A stretch of 63,901 nt of DNA, counting the filler, from Bigelowiella natans CCMP2755 (lineage: Eukaryota; Protista; Cercozoa), in the NCBI GenBank assembly GCA_000320545.1. It is 8 parts of 8 records of this genome, joined end to end, with 100 filler letters (N's around TTAATTAATTAA, not from the genome) between each part and the next. Parts side by side here need not be neighbours in the genome. Positions count along the whole stretch, not along the records: positions 12,530 to 29,619 come from ADNK01000272.1; 7 more parts are not named here. One strand, 5' to 3'. Below are positions 13,058-24,598 of this stretch, piece by piece. The notes beneath the pieces are model-generated. The model did no database searches, had not been told where the DNA came from, and saw only the letters and a list, made by a program, of their open reading frames with translations. Made by a program: the position numbers and the translations under genes. Within the stretch, counting starts at the first letter, position 1. Each line of letters starts with the position of its first letter.

Positions 13058-14022
13058 ATGCAACCAGTCCAGCAGTGATGCTTCAACGTTTCTCCTTTCC
13101 AGTTTTTTTCAGCTTGCATGTCCCGCAGTCTTTTCCAGCTTTCAACCGCTCCAACGAAATCACTGTCGTGCACTTCGTTTCGTTGGTGTTCCGTGCATGA
13201 GTGGGCAAAATCGCCAGAACTTCGTTTGAAACGAACGCGAATCGATCAGCGAAGCGACCGTGTGTGCTGGTGTGATTGGTGAGCAGACCAGACACTGCGC
13301 AGGGTGCCAATTGAACGAAACCCTCAGCGTGGCATCCATCTTCAGATGAGAGTTTGCTTGTGCAGAGCTCTGGAGCTGGTTGCGCTCCGTTTGCAGTTGT
13401 GGAAGCAGTGTCAAAAGTGCCAGAGTGAATCAACGACAGAAAACCACACCCACGTGTGGCATCGCCCAATCTAGTTGCAGCAATCAGTGGCCAGTCAGTG
13501 CTGGAGCACAGAGTGCTTGATCATTGATTGTCCAATCAACACACGTGACAGCACTGAAGCATGATGTCTCTAAGCAGTCTTGTCTGTTCATTCGTGCGAT
13601 GCACGACGCTGCGCACAGTCCACCTAGCCTGAAACGTGCGCTGTCGTGTGCACAACGTGTCGTGCAGCCCGCATCTCGCACCGCCCACACTGCGTGCGCG
13701 CACATTCTGGCATTCCCAAGTTCATTATGTTCCACGGCATTGCACACACACAGTTGAGTCGTTGTGTCAGTTTCATGTCGACCAAGTTTCATCTGTCTCT
13801 GAACAGTTTGCGTGATGTGCGGCATCTCGCAGCACAATTGGTGCCAGTGCTAGAGTGGTGCACACATGCAGCTTGCAAGCTTGTGGCATGACAATCGAGG
13901 TGACACAGCATTGAGTTTCAGCGGTTTCGATTCTTTGTGATCATCGAAGGATGACAACATGACAACTAATTTTGAAACAAACTCTTTGCAAATGAAAATT
14001 TTTCGATCTAGCACAAACCCAG

Positions 14023-14811
14023 TCAATCGTCATCAGAGGAGCTGCTAGAGGAAGAGGAGCTATCACTACTGCTATCGCTACTAGAAGAATCAACCTGTGC
14101 TCTTTTTCTTTTCTTCTTCTTCGAGGACTGCAAGTTTCACCAACACAAGAAAATAATTTGGTAAATTCAACATCTGTGAATCCTCTTGACGGCATCGTCA
14201 TTTGGCGAGGTAAAAGAGAACATTGAAAAAGAACATATTTTTTCTAGCTGACCTTCTTAGCTGCTTTCGCTAACATTCTTTCGTTTCGCCTTCGATCTCT
14301 TTTCTCCCTCTCTTCTTCTAGGAGTTCCTGAATATGGCAAGAAAATTTAAATCTTTGGTGAGAGATTCCTCGCCATCCCACCCTTTTATCTGCATTGATG
14401 GTGTTGCCGACCTGATACCAAGCAATTTTGGCTAGCTGACGTTCCCGCCTTGCTTCTCTACGCGCATCTTTCTTTTTTGCCCGCTTCTCTACCATGCTTG
14501 CCTAAATTATCGTTTGGGGAACCAATTAAAATGAGGGTGATGAGGTGAATTTGTGAGTAAATGTTAATAGAGAAGGAAAACATATGGTGAGTGCGATCTG
14601 GGCGAATTACCATGGGGTCGTACATGACTCGCCTCTTCTTCTCATTCGTCATGTTCCCCGATTGTTTCATTGGACACTCACGATCGCCTGTTCTGTGGCC
14701 ATATTGCTTGCATCGCCAACACTTCATGACCTATTTCACAAATAAACCAGAAAGTTGAGGTATAGAGACAACAGGCCACCAGAGGGATAGATAGATGAGA
14801 GAGAGGGAGAG

Positions 14812-14882
<71 letters not shown>

Positions 14883-15530
14883 ATGATGAGCATATATTCT
14901 TCTCAATACTTGTGCAGGGAACACTTACTTTCACTTCCTTTCCGAAAGGGAGCCAGAGACCCTTGGACGGAGCATTCTTCAGGAATTCTCTCGCTTCCTG
15001 GTTCTCGGGGCGGTCTGGAATGGTGTCCTCGGGTCGCACCTTTCGTATGTTCCATATTTTTCCTCAGAAAAATCAAAACTCCTTACCGGATTAACTTTAC
15101 CTCCCTTTGTTGCATCGCACTAGACTCTGCATCTCTTTTTTCTAAGGAGTAAATTGATGAAAATTAAAAAGTGTTCGAGGTCCCGGAAGCAACTGATGCA
15201 CAATCAATACGAAACCTATCGCAGCTTTACGCCCCATTACGGATCCTAGCGGTAGCTTGGTGTTTCTTCCTCTTCAAAAACCTCGTCACGAGTTGCGCCG
15301 ACGCAGCGGCTGCTCCAAGGTCTCTCCTCGCTTCTCCTCTCGACCTGGAAAGGAGAAAGAAACTCTGCAGTTTTTTGAGTGAACGACAATCATATTTACG
15401 TGTCGTATGGAATGAATCTGTGACAATTTAATCAAAAACTTAGAATGTCTACCGGACAAAGAACCTGGGATCCTTGATTCAATAGCAACATGTAAACATT
15501 AAAACTCCTTACATTTTCATCCTGCGACAT
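14023..15530 (-). CDS. RP9: RP9/PAP1-like zinc-knuckle splicing-associated protein (multi-exon; first exon uncertain)
   Basis: PEDTIPDRPENQEAREFLKNAPSKGLWLPFGKEVKV|MKCWRCKQYGHRTGDRECPM...YDPM is the RP9 signature. Basic and Ser-rich tail ends SSSSDDD* at 14023. Candidate first exon MSQDEN|gtaagg starts at 15530. Confidence 0.85.
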
Positions 15531-15576
15531 GCAAACATGCTGTGACGACAGATAAAATCCTCTCACCCTCCGAACG

Positions 15577-17440
15577 ATGCAGGCCATCCGATGGCTATCA
15601 GCGAGGGCTATACCGTTTGCTCGAAGGATGCCAAGAGCGAGCTTCTTCGGCGCCAGAAAGCCGAAAGGCATGCTTGCACCCGATGAATGCATCGAAGGCT
15701 CGAGTGCAGTGATAAAGTCGTGAGCTTATAATAGAGATAGTAGGTTTGCATAGCTCGTCGCTCTCTGATGATGTGGAAAATGCTTCTTCCACTTGAGCTA
15801 GGCACCGAAGATGTCTTTGTGATTTTGTTTTTCAGGAACGCTCCAAGTAAAGAGGATATGCATTACACGCTGAATACGACGGTGTTGCAATGCATCCATG
15901 ATTCTCTCTTTGCTCATGATTGACTCATCTAACATTACTTGACAATTGGTAGTTGCACCCCCCGTTCCCCGCGGAGACTGAGATGATCACGCTCGGAATG
16001 GGTTGCTTCTGGTGCTCGGAAAACGTATTCATGGGGGTAGGCCAATTATTCGAATGAAAGATGCTCGTAGGATTTCTCATGCGTTCCAAAATGTCTACTT
16101 AGATGAAGGGAATGTACTCCACTCACGTAGGATATGCTCAAGGAGTCTCGGAGGTAACAGATATCACAACCTAGTCGTACAGAATGCAAGGGCAACTGAA
16201 TAAGTGCTGCTGTCATCTTTTCTGAGATGGTGGAGATTTAATAATCGGACCCCTCCATCCTTTTACGTGTAGAACCCGACGTACGCGGAAGTCTGCACCG
16301 GTCTACTTACCACAACTATCACGATGGCATGAATTTTCCGTTTTCACGGGAAATTCGAAATTAATCATTACTTTCAAATGTTTTATTTAGGACTGACAAA
16401 CCACAACGAAGTTGTCCGTTTGGTCTATTACCCTGAGCAGGTGCTGGCTGCTGGCTACTCCACATGTTCTTCTTCAGTCCTCCATAGAAAATTCACGACG
16501 TATTTCTACCTTTTCTTCGTTATCAGATATCTCTTGAGGAAATCCTGGCCGTATTCTTTGAAAGGCACGATCCGACAACACTTTTCAGGTCGGATAAGGG
16601 TGTTGTACCAGTCTAGAAACAGCAGTATTCACACATATCGAATGTCAGACAAGGAAACGACGCAGGCACCCAGTACCGCTCGGGAATCTACTACTATGAC
16701 GAAGGACAACGGGACGTCGCCATTAAGGTTTCTTCAAAAAGAATATATGTTCTAGTGCATTCACTGTAGAAGGTGTACTCATGTTAAATCTACTCAGTAG
16801 CTTTATTGTGGGATCCACCGTCGTTGTCAAAATGACAACAGCTAACGTTTGAACATTAGGCAAAAAAGGATTTCCAGAAAGCTCTTGATTCGGTCGAGGT
16901 TGTCCACGAATCTCTCTTTTCTCTCCACTACTTCCCCCTTCTCCCCCCTTTACTCTTTGAGCGTCATCCAACGAGACAGTACAAAAACTAACAAATTTTG
17001 TTTTTGTGATTATCTTCTTGTCGTGTCCAGGGCGCGGGGGCCTTTGGCTACGTACAAACCGAAGTTGAACCGGCGAAGGTAGATCCGAAGCCTTACAAAC
17101 TATGAAACCAAACATGATTTAAGAATAAGCATTACGTAAAATACGACGTCGTCGCCGCATTATGTGGTCCAAGTTTTGCAATGGGATTCTTGAAAATAAT
17201 CCTTCCGAACGATTTTTCCCCCCGACAAAAAGAAAAAGCACAGATTTCTGAGTCTCTGCTCCATCTGGAAAGCATGATTACAGTTTCTCCACATTGTCGG
17301 CCCAAAGTCAGACCATTTTTCCATCTTGTTAGGATTTCTACTACGCGGAACTTGAGCATCAACAGTATGATGCTAAACCATCTGCTAGACAGTATTGTGG
17401 ACTTTCGCCACTTGGTATCCCATTTCCAAGAGAGTCTTGA
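15577..17440 (+). CDS. msrA: Peptide methionine sulfoxide reductase MsrA with probable organellar presequence (multi-exon)
   Basis: [25 protein letters not shown] leader, then [85 protein letters not shown]; stop at 17438-17440. Confidence 0.93.
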
Positions 17441-18141
17441 GGGAGTCAGAGATTATGTTATTGGTTTAGAAATTGTTGTTGAGGTCAATTCGATGATCGA
17501 CACCTCTACTCTAGTGCTGGTCGGAGCTCGTGCCCAACGTTGTTTTTTGGGGTGTTGCGTTGTGTGCATAACACCAGATTCTTGCACTTCAGAAATCTAT
17601 TAAATCGCACACATCGTCGTTGCAGTGTCCGTGCATTGCTAGATTGACACGTGTAGCCATGCTGCGCACGTGCGTGCTAGCGTGAGCGCCAGAGCGTGAT
17701 TATCGTGCTAGCGTGCTTTTGATTGGCCGCATGCAAATGCAGCGCACGAGTGAAATCGAAACATGCATGTGCATATTGCATGCATGGCAGGTCATCGACG
17801 TGTGCGCACATCGAACAAATTCGTTGAAGATTGTGCAACATGCGTGCAATGCTCTAGTGCTGAGCTGCATGTTTGGTGAGCGGCTGCGCGAGCGTTTGAC
17901 AGCTACTGGAGCTACTCATATGCGCCTGTCACAGCATGCTAGCATGGTGACTTGTGACTGGCACTAGTGCACATGCGATGCATGCCATCATGGGTTGACA
18001 TTGTGCGGTTCGATGTTATGCATGCGATCAGTGGGGCATGGACAAAATTTCCAAACACAACAAACTGGACTCTCATGATGACTGACTTTGTTCAGGGTGA
18101 AACATGCACATTTTGAATCCCACGTTTCTGTTTTGAGCTCC

Positions 18142-19164
18142 TCAATGCATGAAGGCATTTGACACATCAAGAAACCACGGGAGATCATTCTCTGAATGAA
18201 TTGAACGTGATTTCGCACCTTTTTTGAGATCCAAGTCAGAAATTCTTAAACGTTGAAGTGATTGATTCTGATTTGTTCTCCAGTAAAGTGTCTTGTTGAG
18301 ATGGTCATAGATGACACCATACAGTGTGATCTCATAATCCTTTCCTGACTTCTTTGGATTCGGTGAGTCACCTGCATCAGTTCCATATTGAAGTCCTACA
18401 GGTAGTGTTACCGAATTGAGAATGTGAACAGCTTGCAGAACGGCTTCTTTGTAACTCTTTGGCTCGCTCATACCCTCTCGAAACATGAATATCCGGAGGA
18501 AGCGGTCGTCTGGGTAGAAAGCTCCTGGAATCCCCACTGCTGATCGAGCACAGGAGCGCTTCCATTGAAAATGCTTGACGTTTGTTATGTGAAATTCTAG
18601 TGGGGGCTCGTTTGTCGTGATCCCAAACCCTGTTTTCCCATCGTCGTTATAGTCCAAGTACGCGTGTGTTTTGCCTTCCAGAAACTCGGCGACAAGTGAG
18701 ACGCCCTTCGCATCACGCACGATGAAGTGTTGATCTGGTATGACGAGAGCCTTTATGATAGTCACATTTTTCATCGCCCTGTGAAGATCTTCAGCTGATG
18801 AGAACCCAGCTAGCGCCCATTCGCAGAATTGGTCAGCGTTGATATTTACCTGGCTTGGGTCCTTTTTGGGGTGTTTCGTGTGCTTGAGGTGCTGCATGTC
18901 ACAGCTTAACCCTGCTTCATTCATTCCTCCCAGCACAAAGCGGTCAATATGTACGGGGCCTAGACGAGGAGCCCACGCTAGGTAACCGTATCGATTTGAG
19001 CCTTCTGGTAGGCCTCTTGCTTGGCCTTGTGGGACCGCAACAATCTCAAATGGGGTCGGCTTGAGATCCATTGTCCTTCCAGACAACATGTAATCATTCT
19101 TCATCATCCAGTTTGAGCATCCTTCAGAAAGGATCCCAAGGAATAGCGCTAAGAACGACAGCAT
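18142..19164 (-). CDS. Secreted linear amide C-N hydrolase (choloylglycine hydrolase/penicillin V acylase family, Ntn hydrolase), single long exon
   Basis: Hydrophobic signal peptide MLSFLALFLGILSEG is followed directly by the nucleophile Cys (CSNW...GRTMD). Other motifs: GGMNEAGLSC, HFIVRDAKGVSLVAEF, TTNEP, IPGAFYPDDRFLR. The start could be a short upstream exon near 19246. Confidence 0.88.
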   Translation of the reverse strand: MLSFLALFLGILSEGCSNWMMKNDYMLSGRTMDLKPTPFEIVAVPQGQARGLPEGSNRYGYLAWAPRLGPVHIDRFVLGGMNEAGLSCDMQHLKHTKHPKKDPSQVNINADQFCEWALAGFSSAEDLHRAMKNVTIIKALVIPDQHFIVRDAKGVSLVAEFLEGKTHAYLDYNDDGKTGFGITTNEPPLEFHITNVKHFQWKRSCARSAVGIPGAFYPDDRFLRIFMFREGMSEPKSYKEAVLQAVHILNSVTLPVGLQYGTDAGDSPNPKKSGKDYEITLYGVIYDHLNKTLYWRTNQNQSLQRLRISDLDLKKGAKSRSIHSENDLPWFLDVSNAFMH

Positions 19165-19404
19165 ACAGGGTGGGAGGGATAGAGAATGGTGCCTCGACAC
19201 TTTGTCGTCGTTGCAGCTCCTTTCTTCTTTTTCTTACCTGCGACATGGAGTACACCATGTCGCATGTCGTGAAAACACCATCATCTCATGCAATAATACA
19301 AGACAGAACGCTCCCTCCAAAACGGCCTCCTTTTCATGAAAAATCACTTTTAGTCCCGAAAACTCACATTCATTCGTGGGTTTTGAGGCCACGCTCCCCC
19401 CCTC

Positions 19405-19807
19405 ATGGAGAGGAACCTGGAGCTGGGGCGGCTACTGAAGGAGCTGCGAAATGACGTTCAAAAGGGCTTAGTTATCGAAGGTTTCATGGGCAGCCAGAGA
19501 TACAAAAACAGAAAGGTGGTTTTAAAAATCAACTTTCCATTCCAAAGGCCTCGCTGATTGGGTAGTATTTCAGGTTCAGTACGAGGATTTGTACTATCGG
19601 CTATACGACAACGGACTCTTGGCTTATTTCAGAGATGGCGGAACTACAAAGGTTCTCGGAGGCCTAATGCTCGCTGCTGGAGCTGTTCTCATTAACGATG
19701 CAAGGAACGGAAACGGGTAGTAAATGCTCATTTTTCAGAGACCAATATTTTCTCTGATACACCTTGTGAATAACCATTTCTACACGGAATTGCCAAATCG
19801 GTGGCAA

Positions 19808-19898
<91 letters not shown>

Positions 19899-22009
19899 GG
19901 AGAGAGAGAGGACCATGTTTATTTAAGCTAACCTTAACCCCTCCTCCTCCTACTCCCAACTATTGTAAATACCTTCAAGGTTCAAAATAGTTGCTTTGAG
20001 CGAGACTCTTCACTGTCGCTGCACAACTTTAAGGGAGCTGGAGGTAGAATACAACACTAATTTCATGCAGACCTGAAATCTTAATACTCATACCCAATTT
20101 CATAAATATTCATGCCTACTTCTAAATAAAGTTGTATCTTCTATCTAAGATAAGCGATTGTTGACAATTGCCTTCAAAGATCGTTTACATCTACTTGCAT
20201 TGATTTTATTGCACTTCGATTACTTTGATTCCATTTTGGAAATATTTTCAGGAATGGGTGTGTCGTATCGCAGCGGTAGACGGTGTGCTTCTTGACAAAG
20301 AAATATACGAGGTTAATCTCTTTACGATAGCCATTTATACTTGTCTTCTACAGCAATGTAAATGCGTGGTGTGTGCGGGAATGTGAATGAGGTAGAGAAA
20401 AGGCTGAAAATGAGATAGAGATAGAAAAAGAATCAGAACTTTGAATTATAGCAACATCACAATTTTCAGTATCTCAATGGAGAAAGCAAGTCGCTTGTAC
20501 AAATGAGGCTAAAAACCGAGGAAGAAGAGGTCAGTATGGTCACAACTTCTTGCATCGTGATAGCAAAATGAGGGGATAATAAAAGTGCCATACAAAGGAC
20601 CAACAACTGACGGTAAACATGTTGAACAAATGGTGGTGTATCGACGTGTAATTCTTCTCACGTAGAGATATTCGCGATTGGTTAAGGCTGGATTTCTCAA
20701 GAAACGCGGGGCTTTTAATCGAGCGTATAAGAAACGTTTTTTCCGCCTTCTAAGCCATGAACTACGATACTATAAGAAAGGGGGCGGGGTGGAAGAAGAG
20801 GAAGAAGAGGAGGGGGGAGGGGTTCAGAGGGAGCCAAAAGGAATCATACACCTCGATGGCAGCAGATTGGTCACTGATGAGAAGGAAAACGAGCATCTAG
20901 GGTATTATTATAAATGCTTCTCTTAGCAACAGCATCCATTCAGAGAGAATTCCTCAATAATACTTCTCATCGAGATTATAAGAATTATTTAAAGCTTTTG
21001 CTCAACAAGCTGCACCCTTATCCTATCTTCTATCATTGCTACGATAAAACAATCGTCCCCCCCCCCCCTCCTTCCTCCCCACTTACAATCTTCATCATCA
21101 TCACTGGGTCAGATTCAAAATTGTATGCGCGACAAGGGTTTACCAGCTGAAAGCATCCTCAGAGGCAGAGTATAAGGTATTACTCCTACATAATAGATGA
21201 AATTCAATTTTCACGTGCAATAATACGATTCGTCCAGGCGTGGATAAGCTCACTCAGCCTGTGCCCTTTACTGAAAGGAGTAGAGGTCATTTTTAACGGC
21301 AGTAACTATAGCAGCTCCTACTAGTGTTTGTTTCTGTAAAAGTACCTCCTACTAGCAGAAGAGAAGAAGAAGAAGGAGAAAGCAACACTCATAGAAATAA
21401 GTGTGGTACTTGATTCGATATGCATATGCTGTATTTGTAGTGAAATAAATACGTCTTCTTCCTGACCTCATCCTCCTCCTCATCATCATCATCCTGTTGA
21501 TCTATAGGATTTATTTAAGAATGCCATTCTTAAAAGCGGGTTCCTCCTAAAGCGCGGGGTAGTCAACACGGCCTACAAACGTCGTTACTGCGAGCTCAAA
21601 GTGCACCAAATCGCTTATTTTGACGAAAGATCAGGTCCGTCAGAAGGAGATACTGAGAGAAGGGCGGACAAACAACCCATCATTCGAACGCCTACAGAAA
21701 ATGGTGACAGCCTTCCAGATGCTACCTCTCCTACTCCTCGTAAGAGAGCAAGAGGGGTGATATCACTGGTGGGCGCGATCCTCGTCGTAGGAGCGCTGAC
21801 GGCCGATAACGAGCAATGTAGTCGTGCACGGCGAACTTCCAAGAATAGTTATGGAACAAATGTGGAGGAGGAGGAGGAGGAGGAGGAGGAGGAAAAGAAA
21901 AAACGCACGGAACGAGATGGAAGCGGGATGATAGCCGAGACTGCTCAAAATTCTAGTGCTCTTTTCAGGTGAATGATGATAATTGTTAAAGTATCGCAGT
22001 TATCGTCTA

Positions 22010-22047
<38 letters not shown>

Positions 22048-22379
22048 AAGAGGAAGAAACAGACTATATTTGTCAACACTATGTGTAAATAGCTTCAGGA
22101 TAGTGACAGCAACAAGGACTTTCATATTGAAGGCGGAAAACAACAGCGAATTTCAGGTTGTAAAATAAGCTTTTTTCGTCAATTGTTATCGTACTCGCAC
22201 AGCATGTACTTTTGCTTTTTTCATCATCATGATACGTATTCTTGATGATATATGCATAGGAATGGATTGTGGCTCTAAGTTCATCGCTTCATCTAAGGAT
22301 ATTGAGGATAGCAGGGGAGGGGAAATTGGGTATAAAAGTCAAACCACGATCTTCGTCGGCATGGTCTTCGACGTTATAA
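19405..22379 (+). CDS. Protein with three pleckstrin-homology (PH) domains (multi-exon)
   Basis: PH1: IEGFMGSQR..YYRLYDNGLLAYF..FKIV..EWV. PH2: KAGFLKKRGAFNRAYKKRFFRL..PKGIIHL..FKIVCATRVYQLKA..AWI. PH3: KSGFLLKRGVVNTAYKRRYCEL..RGVISL..FRIVTATRTFILKAENNSEFQ|EWIVAL. Confidence 0.85.
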
Positions 22380-22771
22380 AATTATTGAATAAAAGGACAT
22401 CGTATGAATGTACAAATGGCGCGTTACCCCTGCAGCCGGTCGCGCGAATAATCTACTTACATGCATGAATCTCTAATTAATCTGTGCGTTACATATATAA
22501 GCAGAAGGGAAACTGCAATGAACAGGCTTGCCGTATTGACTGATTTTTGTTGGTATCGTCATGTTCCCCAAACAATGCACGCATGTATGAAGGGCATGCA
22601 CGTCAAGATTTGCTGCATGCAAGTGTGCGATATCAACACATCGGCTGGGATGGATAATGTGTATTGTGCTAATAATAAGGCACGTTCTACAACATGTGAT
22701 ACGCTTTACGTGCCCGCATAGCGAAGCCATGAACAGGTGCTATGCTGATAAACTATAAACAAATAATTATA

Positions 22772-22808
<37 letters not shown>

Positions 22809-22927
22809 ACATATATATTCTTATATGATTTTTGTGCTCCGTGTATGACTTCAGCATACATCACAATGGCGGTATACATGGCGATTTTGCTGACAGTGAT
22901 ATCATCTGTAAGGTGTCGTCCCACGAG

Positions 22928-24460
22928 CTAACTGTCCAGAAATGCATTCAGATATTTTCTGCATGGAACTTTCGCTCGCAGCTTGACACAAGTGCTTATA
23001 GCGCCGAATAACTTACGATGTAGCGTATAAACCTCTTTAGGGGGGGGGACCAGTCGTTCGTTCAGGAATACTGTGCCTTGTTCTGCCATTCTCTCTCCAT
23101 GCTTGAATTTGGAGAAGTCAAACGGCTCTTCGTTAGCAAAGGGTTCCCCCATAATATAAGCCGCCTCGAGATGAGCTTGAATCATCGTTGGAGATTCCTT
23201 ACCATTTAAGAAGCCAATCTGCTTGCTCAGCCTCAAAATCTTGGCCTTGTCTTTATCAGCACACGCTTTCACAAGCTTCAGGTAGTTGGTGACAAATTCC
23301 TCTGGGTATTCATTCACTGCTCCGAAGTCAATCAGATGAAGGATATCAGCTGACTTATCGTAGAGAAAGTTAGACCAATTTGGGTCGCTTTGTACCAGTC
23401 GAAAGTCGAAAAGCTCTCGAATCACTAGTTGTAGCAGACGCGATGCAACGGAGTCTCGTACCTCCTGTGTCGCCCACTCTCCTGAGTCGTTGGTGAGGCT
23501 GTCAACGGGATCTCCTTCCACCCAATCAGAGGTAAGGATTTCTGACGTTGTCAAGTCAGTATGTACACGCGGCACCGATATGGCATCCGAAAACGTCGTA
23601 TTATCTCCGGAGGATTCGGTCAGAAGTGTGCGAAATCGTGACTGATTCTCGGCCTCACGCAGGTAGTCGCACTCAAGCTTCAACTCCTCTTTTGCCGTAG
23701 CGATGACCCTATCTAGAAATAATCCCTTGGGGACGAATGACCCCAAACTTAAAAGTCGCTGCAGGTTCGCCATATCCGCATCGATCCCGTGAGCAACCCC
23801 AGGATATTGCACTTTTATTGCTATATCTGAACCTTCTAGGGTCCGCCCTCGATGGACCTGCCCAATGGACGCGGCAGCGACGGGTTCCTCGTTGAATTCA
23901 CTAAATTTTCCCCTCCATGAAGGGCCGAGATTAGAGGTCATGACTTGATGCAGCTGCCATTTAGGCATAATGTTCGCCTCTGTCCTCACTCTCTCTAAAG
24001 CTTTAGCCAATGGCTTGGGAAGGTTCTGGCTATCTTGCAAAGATAAAATCTGCCCTACTTTAAGAGCGGCGCCTCTCATACGACACAGTTCTGAGGCTAT
24101 AGTGTCAGCCACAGCGTCACTCATCCACCCCCCCGGAGCAGCAGCTTGGTCAGACTTTCTGTCGCCTCCACCGCTGCTGCCGTCGCTGGATTTCCCAGAG
24201 AACATGGATTGCATGGCGACCTTTGCAGCCATCCCTCCAAATCCAACCATGCGTGCAAATGAGGTCGACGGGACCTCTTTCTCCTGGAGCTTTCGCTTTA
24301 TTCTTTCTGACTTTCTCTGCAGAACGTCGTCCACCCCCTCCCCTGTCCGTGTTTTCCTCCCCCCCTCATCGCTACAGAGATACTGAACGAACTTACCGCG
24401 TTTTCTGGTCTTAATCACCAGGAAAGCTCCCCTCCTTGCGAGGTGACGGCCTGGTATCAT
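22928..24460 (-). CDS. COQ8: COQ8/ADCK3-like ABC1 atypical kinase, mitochondrial, intronless
   Basis: MRGAALKVGQILS (KxGQ), AAASIGQVH, IAIKVQYPGV, ECDYLREA, QSDPNWSNF, LIDFGA, RLVPPPKEVYTLHRKL. The ATG at 24460 gives an Arg-rich presequence; the ORF is open up to 24691. Confidence 0.92.
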   Translation of the reverse strand: MIPGRHLARRGAFLVIKTRKRGKFVQYLCSDEGGRKTRTGEGVDDVLQRKSERIKRKLQEKEVPSTSFARMVGFGGMAAKVAMQSMFSGKSSDGSSGGGDRKSDQAAAPGGWMSDAVADTIASELCRMRGAALKVGQILSLQDSQNLPKPLAKALERVRTEANIMPKWQLHQVMTSNLGPSWRGKFSEFNEEPVAAASIGQVHRGRTLEGSDIAIKVQYPGVAHGIDADMANLQRLLSLGSFVPKGLFLDRVIATAKEELKLECDYLREAENQSRFRTLLTESSGDNTTFSDAISVPRVHTDLTTSEILTSDWVEGDPVDSLTNDSGEWATQEVRDSVASRLLQLVIRELFDFRLVQSDPNWSNFLYDKSADILHLIDFGAVNEYPEEFVTNYLKLVKACADKDKAKILRLSKQIGFLNGKESPTMIQAHLEAAYIMGEPFANEEPFDFSKFKHGERMAEQGTVFLNERLVPPPKEVYTLHRKLFGAISTCVKLRAKVPCRKYLNAFLDS

Positions 24461-24598
24461 CGGCTGTGGAATGAAGGCGTGGGGGCGGAGCAGTGGTTTG
24501 TGGTGATTCGACGGGTGGCTCGTGCACTTGTTCTTGTTTTTTGTCGTCGTACTTACTACTACTACTATAGAAGTGGTAGTCGCAGTGCTGCTACTAGG

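Noticed and set aside
13058-13960. CpG methylation decay or fungal-type RIP as the cause of TG/CA excess
   Set aside because: CpG is abundant in the islands and TpA is lost rather than gained, which is the opposite of both predictions.
16006-16020. MsrA active site GCFWC instead of GCFWG
   Set aside because: It is a known natural variant of MsrA.
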